The notes under the pieces: model-generated
The model's database searches: none
Seen by the model: only the letters and a program-made list of their open reading frames with translations
Told to the model about the DNA's origin: nothing
DNA from: Vicinamibacteria bacterium
GTDB lineage: Bacteria > Acidobacteriota > Vicinamibacteria > Marinacidobacterales > Marinacidobacteraceae
NCBI GenBank assembly: GCA_964291235.2
Contig: OZ219816.1
Span: 1,376,001 to 1,440,000, forward strand
Direction: 5' to 3'
DNA length: 64,000 nucleotides
Shown: in pieces, positions 49,805-59,964 of the stretch
How the letters are laid out: each line of letters starts with the position of its first letter
Numbering within the stretch: position 1 is the stretch's first letter
Position numbers and translations under genes: made by a program

Positions 49805-51267
49805 TAGAGGCCCGCGGAGGTCCGCCCGGGGCGGCGCTTCCATCCGGAGAGTCCGTCGTCGCCGCCACCCGGGCCGCTCTTCACCGCGCCGAGGAAATCA
49901 ACCGCCGGATCCACGCGTTCCTGCACCTTGACCACGACGGCGCGCTGGCCACGGCCGGCGAACTCGACCGCGAACCGGCAACCGCTCGGGGACCTCTGTT
50001 CGGGCTGCGAGTCGCCGTGAAGGACAACATCGCCGTCCGGGGCCTGCCTTCGACTTCTGGATCTGGCGTGCTCAGCGGCTATCGGGCGCCGTACGACGCC
50101 ACGGTCGTGGCACGCCTGCGGCGCGCCGGCGCCGTGATTCTGGGCACCGCGAATCTCGACGAGTTCGCCATGGGGTCGTCCACTACCAGCGGATTCCGCG
50201 GGCCGACGCGCAATCCCGTGGACCCCGAGCGAATCGTCGGCGGTTCCTCGGGAGGACCCGCCGCAGCAGCAGCCTCCGGCGCGGTGCCGGTAGCGCTCGG
50301 CACCGATACCGGTGGATCGGTACGCCAGCCCGCGGGTCACTGCGGCATCTACGGCATCCGTCCCACCTACGGCCGGGTGTCCCGTTTCGGCGTGACCGCC
50401 TACGCGTCTTCATTCGATCAGGTCGGCTGCCTGGCGCCCCGCCTGACCGATCTGGGACGAGTTCTTTCGGTCGTCTCGGGCCCCGATCCCGGCGACGCAA
50501 CCAGCGCCGCGCGCGAGGTGCCCGACTTCGCCGCCGCCGTCACCCGCCCCGCCCTCCCCACCACCGTTGTCGCGTGCAGCGACGAGGACATCGCCATCCT
50601 CGATCCCCCTTCCCGGGATGCGTTTCGCCACGCGGTCCGACGGTTCGAGGACGCCGGCTGCACCGTCCGCCGCATGCGGTTGCCCGAAGCCGTGACCACC
50701 ATTTCCGCCTACTACGTGCTGGCTTGCGCCGAGGCCAGCTCGAATCTCGCGCGGTTCGACGGAATGCGCTACGGCCGGCGTATCGAGGGGGACGGCACGC
50801 TGGCGGCGGCCTATCGCGAAAGCCGCACCGCCGGATTCGGAGATGAAGTGCGGCTACGGATCCTGCTCGGAACCACCGTGCTGTCACAGGGTTACCGGGA
50901 GGCGATCTACGCGGCGGCAACCACGGCTCGCCGGCAGATCCGCACCCGGCTCCTCGACGCGTTTGGCCAGGGAGATCTGCTCCTGCTCCCGATCAGCACC
51001 GCAGCTCCCCGGCGACTGGCTGACCCGGTCGCGGTCGGCGCCGACTATGACGGCGATCGGTTCACGGTTCTGGCGTCGCTGGCCGGATTGCCCGCCCTTG
51101 CGGTGCCGGCCGGAGTGCGAAGCGGATTGCCCTTTGGAATCGAACTGATGGCTCCGCCGTGGTGCGAAGAATCCCTGTTCGCGGCGGCGGCCGCGTTCGC
51201 CGCTATCCCGAGTTCGGGGGCCGGCCCGCCCAGGAGTCCCAACCCCGAGGCGGCAGGACTTCGCTGA
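49801..51267 (+). CDS. gatA: Asp/Glu-tRNA amidotransferase subunit A (amidase signature)
   Basis: VKDNI, NLDEFAMGSS, GGSSGG, GTDTGGSVRQPA, AEASSNLARFDGMRYG, GFGDEVRLRILLGT. Confidence 0.9.
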   Translation: MIEARGGPPGAALPSGESVVAATRAALHRAEEINRRIHAFLHLDHDGALATAGELDREPATARGPLFGLRVAVKDNIAVRGLPSTSGSGVLSGYRAPYDATVVARLRRAGAVILGTANLDEFAMGSSTTSGFRGPTRNPVDPERIVGGSSGGPAAAAASGAVPVALGTDTGGSVRQPAGHCGIYGIRPTYGRVSRFGVTAYASSFDQVGCLAPRLTDLGRVLSVVSGPDPGDATSAAREVPDFAAAVTRPALPTTVVACSDEDIAILDPPSRDAFRHAVRRFEDAGCTVRRMRLPEAVTTISAYYVLACAEASSNLARFDGMRYGRRIEGDGTLAAAYRESRTAGFGDEVRLRILLGTTVLSQGYREAIYAAATTARRQIRTRLLDAFGQGDLLLLPISTAAPRRLADPVAVGADYDGDRFTVLASLAGLPALAVPAGVRSGLPFGIELMAPPWCEESLFAAAAAFAAIPSSGAGPPRSPNPEAAGLR

Positions 51268-52216
51268 GTCCCTCGCGGCGAGCCAATCGGACGCCGTCGC
51301 CGGCCTCGGTGACGCGCCCCACCAGAGTCACCGGAATGCCGGCCGCGCGGGCGGCGGTCAGCACCCGCCCCTCCGGACCCGCAACGAGCAGCTCATAGTC
51401 CTCGCCTCCGAAGAGCGCCGCCTCGAGACCCGCTGGCCCCGTTCCGGCGCGGGGCAGCCGCGACGCGTAAACGAGCGCCCCCACGCCGCTGGCGGCGGTG
51501 AGGCGATGTAGATCGAGCGCCAACCCGTCCGAGATGTCCATCGCCGCTCTCGCCGCACCGGCGAGGGCGAGGCCCGCAGCCACCCGCGGAGCGGGATCGA
51601 GGTGCCGGGCCACCAGTTTTTCTTCTTCGGGACCGAACGGCGCCGATCCGCCCTCCGCCCGACGCCGGAGGAGGGCCAGGCCGAGCGACGCACCGCCGAG
51701 CTCTCCGGTCACGAACAGACCGTCGCCCGGCACCGCTCCGGACCTCTCAAGGAGAGGAGCCCCCGCGTCGCGCGCACCCGCGACCGTGACGTGAAGCCCG
51801 AGCCTTTCTCCGGCCGTGATGTTCCCCCCCACCAGCGGTGCCCCCAACTCCGCCGCCCGCTCGGCAGCCGCTTCGGAAATCGCCGCCGCCGCCGTTTCCT
51901 GACGGGGCGGAGCCACCAGGGAGATCAGCGTCCCCACCGGGCGGCCGCCCATCGCGGCGATGTCACTCACCGCCGCCGCGATCGCGCGGCGTCCGACCGC
52001 CCGCAGCGGATGAAGTCGGCGGTCGAAGTGCACGCCCTCTTCCGAGGCATCCGTCGTCAGGAGAAGCGTCCCACCCGCAGGCCAGCCAAAGGCCGCCGCA
52101 TCGTCCCCCGGCCCCAGGGTCAGACGCGGCGCGTTCCCCCCGGCGGACGGATTCGCCGGAAGGCTCTCCAGAATCCGTCTGAGAAGTCGATCCTCGCCGG
52201 AAAGCGCCTCCGGCAA
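51203..52216 (-). CDS. thiL: Thiamine-monophosphate kinase
   Basis: GPGDDAA, TTDASEEGVHF, SDIAAMGG, LVGGN, MDISDGL, GGEDYEL. Start set at TTG 52216; the track start 52291 lies in a repeat remnant. Confidence 0.94.
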   Translation of the reverse strand: MPEALSGEDRLLRRILESLPANPSAGGNAPRLTLGPGDDAAAFGWPAGGTLLLTTDASEEGVHFDRRLHPLRAVGRRAIAAAVSDIAAMGGRPVGTLISLVAPPRQETAAAAISEAAAERAAELGAPLVGGNITAGERLGLHVTVAGARDAGAPLLERSGAVPGDGLFVTGELGGASLGLALLRRRAEGGSAPFGPEEEKLVARHLDPAPRVAAGLALAGAARAAMDISDGLALDLHRLTAASGVGALVYASRLPRAGTGPAGLEAALFGGEDYELLVAGPEGRVLTAARAAGIPVTLVGRVTEAGDGVRLARREGLSEVLPPRGWDSWAGRPPNSG

Positions 52217-52280
52217 GCCGCGGTGCTCCGTGGGCGGGTCCGGGGCCCCTCCTCCCCCCGGAGAAAACGCGGGACGCGCG

Positions 52281-52298
52281 ACTTTATCCACCGGCTGC
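52281..52298 (-). repeat. Isolated terminal-repeat remnant of the MITE-like family
   Basis: Reverse complement GCAGCCGGTGGATAAAGT resembles GCAGCCTGTGAACAAAGT (481-498) and CAGCCGGTGG (40303-40312). Confidence 0.45.
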
Positions 52299-52393
52299 TC
52301 GCAACGAGAGGGACGATCACCCGCCCCGTGTTCCCGGTGGCAGTCCGCCGGGCGATTGTTCCCACCGGCCGTCCGGTCCCCGGGCTGTCGAAG

Positions 52394-52705
52394 TCAGTCC
52401 GGCGACGGGGCCGCCTGCTCCATTCGTCCCACGAGATCGGCGAGTCGGCTCCTCACGGCCGCCACCGCGGTTTCGACCGCGTCCGACTGAGACTCGCTCG
52501 CAGCTCGCTGGCGCAGCAGTTCATCACCCACATTGAGCGCCGCAAGGATCGCGACCTCTTCTTTCTCCAGGTGCGGCCCCGCTTTCTGGATGTCCCCGAT
52601 GCGCTCGTTCACGAGCCGGGCGACCGCCTCGAGGTCCGCTCCATCTTCGTCGGAGCGCAACCGGTAGTTGCGGCCAGCCACCGTGACCTCGACGACCGCA
52701 CTCAT
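52394..52705 (-). CDS. zapA: Cell division protein ZapA
   Basis: VEVTVAGRNYRL, VARLVNERI, AILAALNVGDEL. Confidence 0.92.
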   Translation of the reverse strand: MSAVVEVTVAGRNYRLRSDEDGADLEAVARLVNERIGDIQKAGPHLEKEEVAILAALNVGDELLRQRAASESQSDAVETAVAAVRSRLADLVGRMEQAAPSPD

Positions 52706-52956
52706 CGGGCCCCATCCTCCGCGGCCGAATCTCCGGACCCGGCCACCGTACGGAGGGCGTCCCGGATCACCTCGCGTTCCTCACGAAGAACCGCGGTGGC
52801 CCGCTCCGCCCGTTCCCTGGCTTCCCGCTCCCGCTGGGCCTCGCGAACACGGGCCTCGGTCTGCTCCGCCAGCCGTGCCGAAACCGTGTCGAACGCCGAC
52901 TCCGCTCGCTCGATATCCGCCATCAGCCCCCGAACGGCGGCTTCAGCATCGGACAT
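52702..52956 (-). CDS. Small coiled-coil protein (ZapB-like by position)
   Basis: 84-aa coiled coil whose stop overlaps the zapA start. Confidence 0.6.
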   Translation of the reverse strand: MSDAEAAVRGLMADIERAESAFDTVSARLAEQTEARVREAQREREARERAERATAVLREEREVIRDALRTVAGSGDSAAEDGAR

Positions 52957-52984
52957 GGACGGCCTCGGGCTCGGTACGAGGCCT

Positions 52985-53359
52985 CTATTCGGCGTTCGCT
53001 CCGGCCTGGAGAGCTTCCCGAGCCCGGTCCACCAGACAGTCGAAGGCGCCTGGATCGTGCACCGCCAACTCAGCCATCTGTTTCCGGTTCACACCCACCT
53101 GGGCCAGCGAAAGTCCGTGCGCAAACTGCGCGTACGGAAGCCCCCGCTCGCGCGACGCCGCACTGATCCGGGTAATCCAGAGGCGCCGGAAGTCACGCTT
53201 CCGGGTGCGCCGGTCGCGGTAGGCGTACGAAAGCGCGCGATCCAGCGCCTGCATGGCGTGCCGGTACAGCTTGCCGCGCATCCCGCGGTAGCCGCGGGTC
53301 AGTTTCAGGACCCGCCGGCGGCGGTCCCGCCGATGAGTTCCACGTTTTACTCGGGACAT
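52985..53359 (-). CDS. rplT: 50S ribosomal protein L20
   Basis: MSRVKRG, YAYRDRRTRKRDFRRLWITRI, NRKQMAELA. Confidence 0.98.
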   Translation of the reverse strand: MSRVKRGTHRRDRRRRVLKLTRGYRGMRGKLYRHAMQALDRALSYAYRDRRTRKRDFRRLWITRISAASRERGLPYAQFAHGLSLAQVGVNRKQMAELAVHDPGAFDCLVDRAREALQAGANAE

Positions 53360-53407
53360 CCTGTCTTCTCCAGTTCTTGACTCGCAGTAGTGAGATGAGT
53401 CCCGCTA

Positions 53408-53602
53408 TCAACCGATGATCCGGGCAATCATCTTCGCTTCGCCCTCGAACACCCAGGCGCCACTGCGCAGGCGGCGACGGCGCTTCGCGGACTTCTTGGT
53501 GAGGATGTGGCTGTGGTAGGCGCACCGGCGGCGTACACGGCCGCTGGCGCTCTTGCGAAACCGCTTGGCGGCCCCGCGATGGGTCTTCATCTTGAATTTC
53601 AT
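53408..53602 (-). CDS. rpmI: 50S ribosomal protein L35
   Basis: [27 protein letters not shown]. Confidence 0.97.
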   Translation of the reverse strand: MKFKMKTHRGAAKRFRKSASGRVRRRCAYHSHILTKKSAKRRRRLRSGAWVFEGEAKMIARIIG

Positions 53603-53631
53603 GGGTGGGCTCTCAATAACCTTCTGGTAGC

Positions 53632-54246
53632 TCAGGTCGCCGCCTGGCGTTGGGCGCGGCGGACGCGGGGGGCGGGCGTTTCGTCGTCCGCTCCAATTTT
53701 GCCGGCCCGTTCGATCCGCAACGCTTCGAGGAGGCGGCGGGTCGGCGCGAGGATCATGCTCATCTGGTTTCCGACGATGCTCGATCGGGATTCGACGGTC
53801 GCGATCTCGGAAAGCTGCTGGGTGACCTCGTCGAGGATGCGATCGCCCAGTTCGCGTCGGCTCCGCTCCCGCGCCCGCTTGAACCAGATCGTCGCCTTGA
53901 CCTTGTGACCTTCATGGAGAAAACGCTCAATCTGCTTCATCTTCGTCGCGCGGTCGTGCTCTCCGATAATGATGCGGAACTTGACCTCCTTGACCTGGTT
54001 CTGTTTCTGGTGTTTCTTGGAGTCTTGGGATTTCTTGCTCTGCTGATACACGAACCGGCCGTAGTTCATGATCTTGCAGACCGGAGGGACCCGGTTCGGC
54101 ACGATCTCGACGAGATCGAGTCCCCGGTCGGCAGCCAGACGCCGGGCGTCCATCAGGGCGAGGTCGCCAAGTTTCTCACCGTCTTCACCGATGACCAAGA
54201 CGATGGGAGCTCGAATTCGGTCGTTTACCCTGAGAGAACTATCGAT
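53632..54246 (-). CDS. infC: Translation initiation factor IF-3 (ATC start codon)
   Basis: [37 protein letters not shown]; GGAGGTG Shine-Dalgarno at 54251-54257 before the in-frame ATC at 54246. Confidence 0.96.
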   Translation of the reverse strand: MDSSLRVNDRIRAPIVLVIGEDGEKLGDLALMDARRLAADRGLDLVEIVPNRVPPVCKIMNYGRFVYQQSKKSQDSKKHQKQNQVKEVKFRIIIGEHDRATKMKQIERFLHEGHKVKATIWFKRARERSRRELGDRILDEVTQQLSEIATVESRSSIVGNQMSMILAPTRRLLEALRIERAGKIGADDETPAPRVRRAQRQAAT

Positions 54247-54332
54247 GGATCACCTCCGCACCGCAGGCGGGTCGGCGGATTATCGCCACTTCGGGCCCGG
54301 TTCGCCAGCGACACCCCGGAAAATCGCGCCGC

Positions 54333-56238
54333 TCACGGACTGAGCGACCGATTCCGGGTGAGTTCTCCGAGGCGGTCGGCGAGTGCCGCACCGGTAAGGA
54401 TCTCCTGGCCGCGCTTGCCCCGCGTGCGGACCGCGAGGGTGCCGTCCTCCACCTCGCGATCGCCCAGCACCACCATGAACGGAACCCGGGCCACTTCCGC
54501 TTCCCGGATCTTGTAGCCCATCTTCTCGCGACGGTCGTCCACCGAGATGCGGAATCCCCGCCCCCGGAGTTCGGCGGCAACCTCCGCTGCTGCGGCCTGG
54601 TGCCGGTCGGCAATGGGAATCACGACCGCCTGGACCGGCGCGATCCAGACCGGGAGTGCTCCCGCGGTGTGCTCCAGCAGTAGCGCGAAAAACCGCTCTA
54701 CGGAACCAAGGATCGCCCGATGAATCACGACCGGGCGTTCCCGCCCCCCGTCTTCCGTCGCGTAGTGGAGATCGAAGGCCGGAGCCTGGGAGAAATCCAC
54801 CTGGATCGTCGCGCACTGGTGGCTGCGGCGGAGCGCGTCGCGGACGTGAAAATCGATCTTGGGGCCATAAAAGGCGCCGTCTCCCGGGTTGAGGGACCAT
54901 GCCTCGCCGGATTCGGAGAGCGCTTCCATAAGGGCGGCTTCCGCCTTCTCCCAGCTCTCATCGGTTCCCACCGATTTCTCGGGACGGGTCGACAGTTCGA
55001 TCTGGATGTCATCGAAGCCGAATTCGCCGTACACCTCCCGCACCAGGTCCACGAGTTCCAGGACCTCGGCCTTCACCTGATCCAGCCGGCAGTAGAGGTG
55101 CGCATCGTCCTGCGTGAAAGCCCGCACCCGGGTCAGGCCGGACAGAACCCCCGAGGGCTCAAACCGGTGGCAGTGACCGAACTCCGAGAGTCGTAGCGGC
55201 AAATCGCGATAGGAACGGATATCCGAGCGGTACACGAGCGCCGCGCCCGGACAGTTCATGGGTTTGACACCGAACCGGTTCTCGTCCGATTCGATGAAGA
55301 ACATGTTCTCCCGGTAGTGGTCGAGGTGGCCGCTCCGGGCCCAGACCGCTTCGTTCAGGATGAGCGGAGTCCGGATCTCCTGGTAGGCGCGACGCTCCAG
55401 CTTTTCCCGCATGGAGTCGAGCAACCGGTTCACAACCCCCATTCCGGCGGGTAGCCAGAATACCTGCCCGGGAGCTTCGGGGAGGATCAGGAAAAGGCGC
55501 TGATCGCGGCCGATGCGGCGATGGTCCCGGCGTTTCGCCTCCTCGAGCCGGGCGAGATGTGCCGCCATTTCCTTTCGATCGGTGAAGCTGGTGGCATAAA
55601 TCCGCTGCATTGGAGTCCCGTTCGCGTCTCCCTTCCAGTAGGCATTGGAACTCGACAACACCTTCACCGCGCGGATCACGCCCGTGTGGGGCACATGGGG
55701 CCCTTCACAGAAGTCGAAGAAATCTCCGACGCGGTAGCAGGACACTCGTGCGCCACCTTTTTCCCGCACCAACTCCACCTTGCAGACTTCACCCTGCTCT
55801 TCGAAGATGCGGATCGCCTCTTCCTTGTCGAGCATCTTCCGCTCGAATGGAAGCCGCTCCTTCACCAGTTCCCGCATTCGCGTTTCGATGCGGTCGAGGT
55901 CTTCCCGGGAAAAGGGCTCTTCGACGACAAAGTCATAGAAGAAGCCGTCCTCGATCGGCGGGCCGATTCCGTAGCGCGCTTCGGGAAACAGATCCTTCAC
56001 GGCCGCGGCCAGCAAATGCGCCGAACTGTGGCGAAACACATGGAGCCCGTCGGCATCCCCGGGCGTGAGAAACCGGACCTCGCCATCGGCCTCGGGACGA
56101 TGGGAGAGATCCACCTCCCGGCCATCCAGGAGGGCAGCGATCGCGCCGGCCGGGGCCACTCCGAAAAGCGGAGTCACCGGCCGGAAGTTGCACTTCGCCA
56201 CCTTCGGCGAGGCGGATTCGGATGGAAGAAGAAGGCAC
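54333..56238 (-). CDS. thrS: Threonine--tRNA ligase, with an apparent +1 frameshift near 56164-56167
   Basis: RHSSAHLLA, GPPIEDGFFYD, CEGPH, RDHR, KPMNCP, FTQDDAH, GAFYGPKID, HRAILGSVERF. The TGS-like start MPSSSIRIRLAEGGEVQLPAG (GTG 56238) lies in a different frame. Confidence 0.95.
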
Positions 56239-56387
56239 GCTGTCTTTTTATCCCGGTGCGGCCCGCCGCACAAGACCCGGCCAGCCGCCGCCCGGTAGCG
56301 ATTCCCCGAACTTCGGAGCACGCCCGCGACGAAGCCAAACCGCAATGCGCTCGGCAGGAGTCCCGGCGAAGGCCGGACAAGGAGGAA

Positions 56388-56462
56388 TGGTAGGCGCGGG
56401 CGGATTTGAACCGCCGACTTCTACCGTGTCAAGGTAGCGCTCTCCCCCTGAGCTACGCGCCT
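56388..56462 (-). tRNA. tRNA-Val (GAC)
   Basis: AGGCGCG/CGCGCCT acceptor stem, CTACC-TTGACAC-GGTAG anticodon arm, GTTCAAAT T-loop, encoded CCA. Confidence 0.97.
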
Positions 56463-56477
56463 GCCCGGGAGGGCGGC

Positions 56478-56483
56478 ATTGTA
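56478..56483 (-). promoter_or_regulatory. Candidate -10 box (TACAAT) for tRNA-Val/thrS
   Basis: TACAAT 15 nt upstream of the tRNA 5' end in a GC-rich context. Confidence 0.55.
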
Positions 56484-56567
56484 TCGCGGCTCCGGCGCCC
56501 TCCCGAGGGACGCGGCCCGCGCCAAAACACCCCGCTTCGCATCGACTTTTCCACATCGGGCCGCCGG

Positions 56568-58504
56568 ATGGGACGGATACCGGGAAGTTTGCGTCTAGGA
56601 ACGGGAGAGGTCCTCCCGAGCTTGATCGAGCACGCACCCCGGACGACGAATCCCGGAGAGACCGGACCGGACCGCCGGGTCCAAGAAGGACTCCGCGATG
56701 GCGAGGGCGCAAAGCCCTCAAACACAACGACGTCGCTTCGCCGAGAGCCCCGAGCCGTCCGCAATCCGATTCCCGGCCTGCTGGCGCTGCTCCGTCGTCA
56801 GGGTCGCATCCCGGCATCGGCAGCGAGACTCGCCGCCGTCGTTGCGCGGCTCCCTCCGGCCCGGCACGAGGAGGCTCTGGTCGCGGAAGGTCTCTGCTCG
56901 GAAGAAGAAATCGCGCAGGCTGCCGCGCAGGATTCCGGTCTCTCCTTCCGCGTCATCAATCCGCTGGAGCTCAGCCCCGAGGTGGTGACCGGTGCGCTCC
57001 CGGCGCCGTTCGCGCGCCGGCACACGATCTGCGCCCTCGCCAGGGAAGAAAACACCTTGACGGTGGCCGTCGCCAACCCGTTCGACCGCGGCGCCATCAC
57101 GGACCTCGAACGGTACCTCGGAGTCCGCGTGAAGGTGGTCGTGGCCACCCGATCCGACATCGAAGGAATCAACGGGAGCCTTTACAACCTGCGCGCGTCG
57201 CTGCGCGCCGCGGAAACCGAGCTGACCGACGACAACGGTGGAGATCCCAACCTACTGTCGGCAAACCAGGAGTTCGTCTCCGGGTCCGAGGCCGCGGGGG
57301 ATCTGGAGCCAACCACCCGGCCGGTGGTGGCAGCGCTGGACAGCATTCTCCACCAGGCTTTCGAACAGCGCGTTTCCGATATCCACCTCGAACCCAAACG
57401 GGATTGCGCCGTCGTGCGTTTCCGGGTGGATGGTGTCCTCCGGACGATGCACACCTTTCCCCGCATCGTGTTCCAGGCCGTCGTCAGCCGTCTCAAGATG
57501 CTGAGTGGGCTCGACATCGCGGAAAAACGGCGGCCCCAGGACGGCCGCATCAAACGCGTCGAATCCGACAAGGAGATCGAGCTGCGTGTTTCGACCCTGC
57601 CGACCGTCTTCGGGGAAAAGGCGGTGCTCCGCGTGTTCGACCCGGCGACCCTGGTTTCGACTCTCGAACAACTGCGATTGGCCGAAGACGAGGAAAGACG
57701 GCTTCGGGAAATGCTCAACCGCCGGGAAGGCCTCGTCCTCGTTACCGGCCCCACCGGAAGCGGCAAGACGACCACTCTGTATTCGGTGCTTCGTCACGTC
57801 GCGACCCCCGAAGTGAACGTGGTCACGATCGAAGATCCGGTAGAGCTGGTATTTCCGCCACTCAGTCAGGTGCAGGTGAACCCCCGCATCCGTTTTTCGT
57901 TCGCCGCGGCCATCCGCAGCGTGCTCCGGCAGGATCCGGACATCCTCATGGTGGGGGAAATCCGGGATGCAGAGACTGCCGAGATGGCGGCCCAGGCTGC
58001 GCTCACGGGACATCTGGTGTTGTCCACCCTGCACACCAACGATGCCCCCGGCGCGGTCACCCGGCTCGCCGACCTCGGCGTGCCGCCTTTCCTGATCGGC
58101 GCCACCCTGGTCGGCGTGGTGGCGCAGCGGCTGGTCCGCACCATCTGTGGCGCCTGCGCCCGCTGGAACGTGGTCTCCGCGCGGGAGGCCAGAACCCTGG
58201 CCGCGCCCTCGATCCAGGGACGTCGGATCCGCCAGCGCGCGGGCTGTGCGCGGTGTCGCGACACCGGATACCTGGGCCGTCGCGCGGTGTTCGAAATCCT
58301 GCCCATCGACGCCGAGGCCACCGGAGAAATTCTGGGTGGCGGCAACGCGAACGACCTGGCCCGCTCCGCCCGCCGGCGGGGCGTGCGCAGTCTTCGCCAG
58401 GCCGCGCTCCGGCTCCTGCTCGACGGGGAGACGACGATCGCCGAGGTGATCCGGGTGACCGGCGCCGGCCACGATCCGGGAAGCGGCCCCGAAACCACCC
58501 CTGA
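56568..58504 (+). CDS. GspE/PilB-family secretion or pilus assembly ATPase (boundaries uncertain)
   Basis: SDIHLEP, RFRVDG, DIAEKRRPQDGR, Walker A GPTGSGKTT, TIEDPVE, LRQDPDILMVGEIRD, TGHLVLSTLHTN, CGAC...CARC. The ORF as read runs to 58988; the natural stop is probably 58504. Start could be 56568, 56622 or 56698 (the last would need a further frameshift). Confidence 0.93.
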
Positions 58505-58547
58505 GCCGCCGGCTCCGGCGCCGGAAATCGGCCTCGCGGACCCTCCG

Positions 58548-59710
58548 TCAGAGGCCGAGCGCCCGGCTGATCAGCAAAAACAGCGCCGGGACCGCGTAGA
58601 ACACCACGATCACGTAGCCGATGGCCGCCGCTCGATTCCGCACGGCGATTTCCGCCAATCGGCGCGCGAGTGCGAGCGGGATCTGGCGGATCCGGGGAAC
58701 CGGATAGATCAGCATGATGCCCACGAGGTTGAACAGAAGGTGCACCACCGCCAGTTGGAAACCCCAATGGGCGTTGGCTCCGGACACCGCGAGCGCGGCG
58801 AGGAAGGCCGTGACGGTCGTTCCACGTTCGCGCCCAAGGTGACGGGAAACGCGTCGTCGAGCAGCAGGAGCCCTGCCCCGGCGAGGGGAACCAGCATCGA
58901 GGTGGTTACCGAACTGGACTGGACCAGAATCGTGACGATCGCTCCCACACCCATCGCCGCGAGGACATGGCTGCCGAGGACCCGATGAATGGCGGCCTCG
59001 CCGCGGCCCGCCGAAAGGCTCTTCAGGGTGCGGACCAGGAGCCCGAGGGCCACCACCAGCAGTACTACCGAGAGGATGGCGAGGACCGCTGCCGCCGCCT
59101 GGTCGGAAGGAGTCACGAGACCCGCGAACCACGTGATCGGAATCGGAACCAGCTCAATCACGTCCTTGAGCGGACTCTCGTAGTCGATGCCGGACCCGAG
59201 CACCCCCCGGAAGAGGCCGGACACCAGGCCGGAGAGGCGGGCCAGAAAGCCGGTCGCCATTTCGAGCGGCAGGAGGATGCCCACCGCGATCAGGTTGAAC
59301 AAATCGTGACAGGTGGCCACCTCGAAGGCGCGCCGCAGTTCCTGACCGTGCCTCAGGTGCCCGAGAGCGGCGATCGAGTTGGTGACCGTCGTACCGACGT
59401 TGGCGCCCATGACCATCGGGATGGCGCTCTCGAACGGCAGGGGAGAATCGGGCGCTGCCACCAGACCGACGATGAGCGCACTCGTGACGGAGGAACTCTG
59501 CACCAGCGTGGTGCCGAGGATTCCGATGAGCAGGCCTACGAAGGGATTCGCCGAAGCCCGGAAAAAGCTGTCGAGAAGCCCGGAACCGAGACCCTTGAAC
59601 CCCTCGCCGAGGCCGTCAATCGCCCCCAGGAAGAGGAGGAAGAGAAGAATCAGCCCGACGATCCGGGAGACCTGACCGGATAGCCTGGCGCCGGTTTCGG
59701 TGTCCGACAT
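58548..59710 (-). pseudogene. Na/Pi cotransporter family (NptA/SLC34-like) with an apparent 1-nt deletion near 58822
   Basis: Two QSSS motifs and GANVGTTVT. The second GANV-GTTVT is split across frames (AAC GTG GA ACG). Probably intact in vivo. Confidence 0.9.
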
Positions 59711-59964
59711 CCCTGCCCCGGCCCGGTCCTAGCGCGGGTCCGAGCCCGGAGTTCCCCCCCGGCGGGGAGCATCGGCTTTGCGCATCAAACTCAAGGACTG
59801 AACGGATATTCCGGAGCCGCGGCAACCAGCTGCAGCGGACCGTGGCGGCGGAAGCCTAACGGAACTTGTTGAATATGCGGTGAACGATCGACTACCCGAT
59901 GGTTACTCACGCACGGCAAGCCCGCGGCCGTCCGAAGGGCAGCGCGCCGCCTCTCGTGGTCCGC

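Noticed and set aside
56239-56387. T-box or tRNA-mimic operator in the thrS leader
   Set aside because: No T-box consensus or convincing anticodon-like hairpin was seen; a covariance-model search would be needed.
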